Source: Thermodesulfobacteriota bacterium (lineage in GTDB: Bacteria > Desulfobacterota_D > UBA1144 > Nemesobacterales > Nemesobacteraceae). Taken from it: a DNA stretch of 64,000 bases. This document shows positions 58,336 to 64,000 of the stretch, in pieces. The first letter of the stretch is position 1. Every line of letters starts with the position of its first letter. Location of the stretch: assembly GCA_965200595.1 (NCBI GenBank), contig CBDAUE010000008.1, forward strand, positions 97,859 to 161,858, in the 5' to 3' direction. The notes beneath the pieces were generated by a model. It had not been told where the DNA came from. It did no database searches and was given only the letters and a program-made list of their open reading frames with translations. The translations under genes and the position numbers were made by a program.

Positions 58336-59493
58336 CTAGGTGACGGTAGATAAGGTTTTCGAAAGTGGGGGGAGCTGCGTTTGTGCTGATGCGCGGGCGC
58401 GGACCATGTAGGCCTCACGCGTTCCGCGATGCTGGGCGGGGGACTCGGCTGCGGAGACCATCAGCGTATGATCCAGACTGTTTACGCGGTCACATGCAGC
58501 CCGAATGGCATCCATAGAGATTTTCAGTGCCACATCCACAGGCATGCGCTCCGGATTAATATCCAGACCATAGTAGCCATCATAGCCGTGCATCTTCAGG
58601 GTATACAGTCCCGCTTCCAGTTGTTCAGGAGAGATCAAACCAACATTCAGGTCCTGATCGTAGTTACCCAGGGGCTGGCTGTTCCAGTGTGTGTGAGCCA
58701 GTCGCCCTTCGGACAAGGGCCAACTCAAGGCATAGGGCACGTCTTCGAAACCCATCAGCAGATGGCCAATCTCCGGATTCATACACATCAAGGAGTGTCC
58801 CTCCTTCATCAGGCGAAGATTTTCTTCATGATTCAGCATGGACTCTACCTGTCGACCTAAAAGGACGCCTTCGGGTGTCAGGCTGTAGAGGATGTGACCG
58901 CGCGGCTCGTAGGGTTTGGGTTCGAAGGCGATACGTACCCCGGGGACAGCATCCATTGCTTCAGCCAGTCCGGAAGCAAAACGGTGACGCATGACGGCAA
59001 GATTAATGCCCAAAGGATTTTCGTATCCGTCAATTCCGGGCCATACCACAGAGAAGTCACAGTCCAGGGTTTTGGCAAGGGCTAGCGAGCGACGCGTGCG
59101 ATCGATCGCCATCTGGCGGATCTTTGAATCAGGATTGGAGAGGGATCCAAACTCGAATTTTGCGTCATAGAAAAGCAATGGAATGACTGTGATCAGACGT
59201 ATGCCGGTGTCTTGCGAAAAAGTTTGCCACAGGTCAACATTGTCTTCGTTGATTTCATTGGGGTAGTGGGCCTCCAGACCTTCCAGTCCATAATCCCGAA
59301 GACTTGCTGCGATGTCCAGGCGCTCCTCGATAGACAAATCAGGTTTGTACTTTCCATGAAAGCGAGAATCGGGCGGAGAGAAAAACCAGATTCCTGCAGA
59401 AAAGCGAGGCTGCAGCTCAAAAGCGTTGAGGTGCTTGATCAGGGCTTCTCCACAGAGCATTTGTGCCTGTGAACGAAGATCTCTAAGGGGCAT
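58336..59493 (-). CDS. Xylose-isomerase-fold (TIM-barrel) sugar isomerase-like protein
   Basis: 385 aa. VVWPGIDGYENP resembles the xylose isomerase WGGREGYE region and IAFEPKPYEPRGH resembles its EPKP-EP motif. The exact substrate is unknown. Confidence 0.5.
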   Translation of the reverse strand: MPLRDLRSQAQMLCGEALIKHLNAFELQPRFSAGIWFFSPPDSRFHGKYKPDLSIEERLDIAASLRDYGLEGLEAHYPNEINEDNVDLWQTFSQDTGIRLITVIPLLFYDAKFEFGSLSNPDSKIRQMAIDRTRRSLALAKTLDCDFSVVWPGIDGYENPLGINLAVMRHRFASGLAEAMDAVPGVRIAFEPKPYEPRGHILYSLTPEGVLLGRQVESMLNHEENLRLMKEGHSLMCMNPEIGHLLMGFEDVPYALSWPLSEGRLAHTHWNSQPLGNYDQDLNVGLISPEQLEAGLYTLKMHGYDGYYGLDINPERMPVDVALKISMDAIRAACDRVNSLDHTLMVSAAESPAQHRGTREAYMVRARASAQTQLPPLSKTLSTVT

Positions 59494-59550
59494 GCGTCGT
59501 GATTGAAATCTTTTAAAAAAGCGTAGGCTGCACCAGTTCTGTCTGGGAGT

Positions 59551-61236
59551 TTATCGAGTCAGCAAGAGCGTTTGTTGGTAGGTAGTGTTATCTGCTCTAA
59601 GGCGGTAGAAGTAAAGCCCACTGGCAAGATTTTCGGCTTCAAAGGACACAGTGTGCAGCCCAGTTCCACGAAATTCATCAGCGAGAACACGTACTTCCCG
59701 TCCCAGAATATCGTACACCGCAACGTGGACAGGACCGGGCTTATCCAGCGAAAAGCTTATCTGGGTAGAGGTATTGAAAGGATTGGGATAGTTTGGATAT
59801 AGCGTTATACCCTTCTGGGCATCGGTCAGGTCTTCGACAGCAGTAGGCGCCAGCTCAATGGGTCCCTTTCCGGAGAGGTCTTTTCCCTGAAGTCCGGGAT
59901 AATCCCTTGCGAACGTGTACGTGCGAAAAAGGCTGTTTTGAAGGATGGGAAATGGATTCGGGTCGTTGGGGATGAATGTGGGGATGGGCGCGTCTCTTGG
60001 CAGGGGGCCAGAACGAATTACCGGGTTAACGTACTCCCAGACTATGTTCTCATTTTTGTCTATTTCAATTATTCTTCCATTCATGCCCTCAAGGATCATC
60101 GTATGTCCATTCGGGAGTCGCTGCATACCGGACGCGATCTGGGAATACAGATTGGAGGGGTCACTATAGCTCCAGATATCAAAGGGAGGTACATAGGCTC
60201 CGTCAGCGCCAATATCGAAGAAAACATTACCGTCGTAGTCTACATTGTGGGGTAGTGCCAGCTCCAGAATCGTAGAGAACTGAGGCGGAGGGAGAAAACG
60301 CCCATTGTCAAAAACAAGAACATGACCATCGCCCTCAAGACCTGCGGGGATCCAGTGGGCAGAATGGTTGAAGTGGAGGAAGCGATCGTCATCGTCGCCT
60401 ACGCCATACATCTGGGGATTTCCAAAACGATAAATCAGGTCTCCTTTTTGTCCCCGTGCTTCCTCAGTAGAACTGTTTCGATTGATGACCCATACCTCAC
60501 TGAAGTAGCCGGCACTGACCATAATGATGTTCAGGTCCTCGTTATAATCCAGGGCATTGAAATGCAGCCAGGAACCACCATGCCCGGTATTGACATCGAT
60601 TTTCCAGGGATAGTCGCTGATTACCCCATAGTTCGATTTTGCGGGATCATGGTCCTGCACGAGGTGGTCAAAAGCGCTCCACTCCCACACTATTTCTGCT
60701 GAGTCGGGGTAAATGGGTTTGAATTCGATGATCTTCTCGGACCACAAGGTGGTGTCGGCGGTCAGTTCGGTGAGATCGTATCCCACCGCATCCAAAGAGT
60801 CTTTATGTATTTGCTCCCATACCGTTGTGAGGACATTGCCATCGGGCATGGGCACAATATCATGATGCATCGTGACAACCGAATCGACAAAGTCAAATTG
60901 CCAAACGACGGTTCCGTCCCATTCAATTTCTTCAAGACGACCCCCTTGACCGCCTTGTACTACCCAGGAGTCTGGTGCTCCTGAAGCACGTAAGAGATTA
61001 CCGTTCTCGAGAAGGTGAACGTTTGCTCCCAGGTTGAAGTCGTGGGTCCACTTGTGAGCCATATCTCCGTATTCATTGACCAGGTAAGTGACCGGGTGAA
61101 ACAGCGGAGACATCAGGGTGAACCCCCCGAAACTGTCGTCGTCGTTAGTAAAGATTCCCACAGTTCTGGTCTGTCCAAATGCAAGGCTGGAACTGAGAAC
61201 AGAGAAAAGAATGACAGTTAGAGAGATACGAGGCAT
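59551..61236 (-). CDS. Arylsulfotransferase (ASST)-family beta-propeller protein with a C-terminal type-IX-secretion sorting domain
   Basis: The C-terminal ~80 aa (LYPNYPNPFNTSTQISFSL...VHVAVYDILGREVRVL...SGLYFYRLRA...QQTLLLTR) match the T9SS CTD consensus. I moved the start to M64 (61236) because it precedes a signal peptide (MPRISLTVILFSVLSSSLAFGQ). The ORF-track start at 61425 adds a non-secretory extension. Confidence 0.7.
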   Translation of the reverse strand: MPRISLTVILFSVLSSSLAFGQTRTVGIFTNDDDSFGGFTLMSPLFHPVTYLVNEYGDMAHKWTHDFNLGANVHLLENGNLLRASGAPDSWVVQGGQGGRLEEIEWDGTVVWQFDFVDSVVTMHHDIVPMPDGNVLTTVWEQIHKDSLDAVGYDLTELTADTTLWSEKIIEFKPIYPDSAEIVWEWSAFDHLVQDHDPAKSNYGVISDYPWKIDVNTGHGGSWLHFNALDYNEDLNIIMVSAGYFSEVWVINRNSSTEEARGQKGDLIYRFGNPQMYGVGDDDDRFLHFNHSAHWIPAGLEGDGHVLVFDNGRFLPPPQFSTILELALPHNVDYDGNVFFDIGADGAYVPPFDIWSYSDPSNLYSQIASGMQRLPNGHTMILEGMNGRIIEIDKNENIVWEYVNPVIRSGPLPRDAPIPTFIPNDPNPFPILQNSLFRTYTFARDYPGLQGKDLSGKGPIELAPTAVEDLTDAQKGITLYPNYPNPFNTSTQISFSLDKPGPVHVAVYDILGREVRVLADEFRGTGLHTVSFEAENLASGLYFYRLRADNTTYQQTLLLTR

Positions 61237-61273
61237 GGGAGAAGTTTTATCAATCGAGGCCTGAGAATTCAAT

Positions 61274-62719
61274 TTACGGCAGGATACAGGGTAGAAGTTC
61301 TCCACGATGATAGGTAATGCCAGACTGCCCATCGGGGAGATGCATCGTGGCCTCGTACACCACTTGATCACTTGAGACATTGATTGCGACCAAACGACCG
61401 AAACTGGGTGGGCCGTTATCAACATTCCTGCTCTTAAACAGGATGGTGTTTTCGTTTCTGTGGAAGTCAGCTTCAGACACTATGCGGGAGTACGTTTCCA
61501 GGACCCGCTCTTTTCCGTATGACCATACCTGCTCACGGTCATTACGTCTTTATCCATGCGACACATCACGGCCCGACTGTAGGAGGGGCTATTTTCATAA
61601 TTACGGTAATCACCGCTATCAAAGATAAGCAGGTCGCCGTTAGGAAGTAATTCGGGTGCTGTTGGACCATGTCCACTCGAACTTAGGAATGGTTTGTGCT
61701 CCCATTTAGTATCTCTGGATCGGTAATAGTAATTCCTGCAGCATCCAGGGGAGGGAGTAGCTTGGTACTCAGATCGACTTCATTCCTTGCTCTGTCCCAG
61801 TCCTGATGAGGGGTAGTTATCCAGATGACCTTGTTATCGCGGGTGAGCTTTACCGACCCCAAGACACTGCCATTGACCATGATAGCATCATAGGCCAGTC
61901 TGTTGCCGTGAACCAGTCTTTTGCACTGATGCGCCACGCACTCTCTCAAGTCCCACTCATGAACGATGTTGCCAGAAAATCGGCCGATTCCTAGATTTAG
62001 CTTTCTATTGTGGTTAGACCCCGCTTGATAACGGTAGCTGACAGGTTCCCATCGGGGACCAATTCGAGGACATGATGATGAAAGAAATGCCCGGGATCGG
62101 CCATTCATTCGTGATGTTACTGAGCATGTCAAAAGACATAATCCAATCGGTTTGTCCGTCACCAAATAGCAGGTCTCTACTGGCCTCCGTTCGGCCTATT
62201 AAAAAATCTTAAGGAGGATAACAAGGGGTGTGCTTCGAAATCTCCATCCAAATCAAAGATCAAGGGAGTATTCGGGGGGCACCTGTAGGGCCATAGTAGC
62301 TCAAAAGGTTGGTTCCCGGCTTAGAGCCCTGTCTTCTGACATCTACAGATATGGAGGGCATTCCATCAATCAGACTATCTGAAATTATTGTTCGGGTTGT
62401 TTCCCCGAGTGAATTTCCCGATTCTCATAAAAATGCAGGGAAGCCTCATTTCAGCGTCTGGATAGAAACCCAAGATGGGGATTACATGAGAGAGTTCAAC
62501 TTATTTAAATCTGTGTCCCACATTGCCCGAAGCGCTACGGCGTCCTGGAATGAAGATCTCGATCTGCACTGAGCGGAAGGTTGTGAGCGTAATTTCGGCT
62601 GCCAGTGGCACATAACCAGTGGGATTGACAACCACCCTCTCCTCGGTGATGAGATCGTTGCCTATCAGTAATGGAAGAGTAGAATCCTTATCACATGCAG
62701 TGACTTCCAGTGTCAGCAT
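61274..62719 (-). pseudogene. Degraded arylsulfotransferase-like paralog with multiple frameshifts and in-frame stops
   Basis: ORF pieces 61274..61480, 61683..62165 and 62501..62719 align in order to the intact paralog at 62955..64000+ (for example DMLSNITNEWPIPG vs DMLGNVTNQWPIPG, VKLTRDNKVIWITTPH vs VKLTRTNDVIWIMAPH, VVYEATMHLPDGQSGITYHR vs VLYEATVRLPEGQSGITFHR). They are in different frames with stops between them. Confidence 0.5.
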
Positions 62720-62954
62720 TACTGGAAGTAAGAAAATATGATGTCAGAAGAAGCAACTGCCCTACGTAATCAGGGGTGATTTTTTGGAATGGGACAGTCT
62801 TCATTACTGGATCAACGGAGGAAGATGCTCTGGAATATGGATATTGGATGATCGGTAATAGAGGCAGCGCCTATGATGGAGAAGAATTCTGATCGCGCTT
62901 CGGAAAGGCTGAAAGTTCCTAGGGGATTTTCCCGAGGGGAATCATTTCCGGGGT

Positions 62955-64000
62955 TCAATTATTCGGAGCATATAATGGAAGACGTTCTACCCGATGAAAG
63001 GTAATTCCGGATTGCCCCTCAGGGAGTCTGACAGTGGCTTCGTATAACACTGTACGACTACTGACATCGATCTCTACCATGCGTCCCAAAGCGCCTATTC
63101 CGTCAAAAACAGTTCCTGGCATAAAGAAAATATTGTCTTCAGTAATGTGGTAGTCTACGTCGGAAACAATCGATGAATACGTCTCGCCACCGCGTTGTTT
63201 GCCGTACGACCAGATTTGCTGAACAGTCATGTTATCGTCATCAATTCGATATACCACGGCCCGACTGTAATTCGGACTGTTGCCGAAATTGCGGTTGTCA
63301 CCGTTGTCAAAGAGCAGAAGGTCACCATTGGGTAAAATTTCCGGGGCATGCTGATACCAGGCCCATTCGAAGTCGGGATGATTTGTGCTCCCATCCAGGA
63401 TATCGGGATCAGTGATAGGGTTGCCACCAGCATCCAGAGGTGTAAGCAGTTTGGTATTCAAATCGACACCATTACCGGCCGTTAGCCAGCCCCGATGGGG
63501 CGCCATAATCCAGATTACGTCGTTGGTACGGGTAAGCTTAACCGTCCCCTGAACACGGCCACTGACGATGATGGCATCTTTTTGAACATCGTAGGCCAAG
63601 CCGTTAGCATGAAACCAGTCACGCAAGTTGTTCGTCCACGTTTTCCGGGAGTCATCGAGAGACTGTCGCAGATCCCACTCCTGAACAATGTCTCCTGAAG
63701 CGCGGTCGATTTCGATAATATGGTCCTCTATCGTGGGGAGTCCCCGCTTGTTGACGGTAGCGAGCAAGTTTCCGTCCGGGACCATCTCCATGACATGATG
63801 GTGAAAACCATACCCGGGGATAGGCCATTGATTCGTGACGTTGCCGAGCATATCTATGGAGGCAATTCTGTCACTGCTCCCGTCCCCAAAAAAGAGGTCA
63901 CCATTGGCCAGACGTTCGACTCCAGCATCGTAGAACAGTGAACCCAGAATGGGATGGCCTTCGAAGTCGGCAAACCAGCGAATATCTCCCTCAGAATCAG
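62955..64000 (-). CDS. Arylsulfotransferase-like beta-propeller protein. The N-terminus lies beyond the window end.
   Basis: The reading frame is open from 62955 to the window edge (hand-translated ...DSEGDIRWFADFEGHPILGSLFYDAGVERLANGDLFFGDGSSDRIASIDMLGN...). It is an intact paralog of the pseudogene. Confidence 0.65.
   Translation of the reverse strand, partial: DSEGDIRWFADFEGHPILGSLFYDAGVERLANGDLFFGDGSSDRIASIDMLGNVTNQWPIPGYGFHHHVMEMVPDGNLLATVNKRGLPTIEDHIIEIDRASGDIVQEWDLRQSLDDSRKTWTNNLRDWFHANGLAYDVQKDAIIVSGRVQGTVKLTRTNDVIWIMAPHRGWLTAGNGVDLNTKLLTPLDAGGNPITDPDILDGSTNHPDFEWAWYQHAPEILPNGDLLLFDNGDNRNFGNSPNYSRAVVYRIDDDNMTVQQIWSYGKQRGGETYSSIVSDVDYHITEDNIFFMPGTVFDGIGALGRMVEIDVSSRTVLYEATVRLPEGQSGITFHRVERLPLYAPNN

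Noticed and set aside
61237-61425. The N-terminal 63-aa extension of the ASST ORF in the track
   Set aside because: The signal peptide begins at M64 (MPRISLTVILFSVLSSS...). The extension overlaps the end of the upstream pseudogene and has no secretory logic, so I moved the start to 61236.
1-64000. CRISPR arrays, transposases, integrases, phage genes, toxin-antitoxin pairs
   Set aside because: I scanned both strands. There are no short regularly spaced direct repeats, and no ORF has recombinase, transposase or phage-structural character. The only mobile-looking signal is the permuted duplication, and no enzyme is associated with it.

Overview
64-kb chromosomal window from a moderately GC-rich bacterium. 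One cargo protein carries a C-terminal type-IX secretion sorting domain, which places the organism in Bacteroidota or a related phylum (Rhodothermota/Balneolota). That placement is inference from sequence. The window is mostly housekeeping and membrane-transport genes, with no transposase, integrase or CRISPR. Left to right: a Cus/Czc-type heavy-metal efflux operon running off the window start; two paralogous VOC (glyoxalase-fold) genes flanking a 1.7-kb AT-rich, gene-poor spacer; DUF2461; a Cys/Met-metabolism PLP enzyme; the three-gene squalene pathway hpnC-hpnD-hpnE; a 1.7-kb gene-poor stretch; a 2.6-kb segment that is a circularly permuted, ~99 %-identical duplicate of a locus 22 kb downstream (pfk fragment, complete beta-barrel-like ORF, nfeD fragment); SRPBCC; copA P1B-ATPase; nnr; clpB; smc; ridA; a ComEA-like tandem helix-hairpin-helix lipoprotein; a MacAB-like ABC efflux operon; the parental locus of the duplicate (PPi-type phosphofructokinase, secreted 518-aa protein, NfeD, flotillin); two tandem M16 zinc-peptidase paralogs; a beta-lactamase-family hydrolase; a CRTAC1-type lipoprotein; tonB; DUF4159; glyA; a phosphoribosyltransferase; tatC; an Nramp-like transporter; korAB; a xylose-isomerase-fold protein; and a cluster of three arylsulfotransferase-like genes, one a T9SS substrate, one a frameshifted pseudogene and one running off the window end. 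The most unusual structure is the permuted segmental duplication, whose join matches a circular-intermediate or tandem-duplication junction. I found no defence-system-like cluster. All functional calls are motif and family recognition by eye, without database searches.
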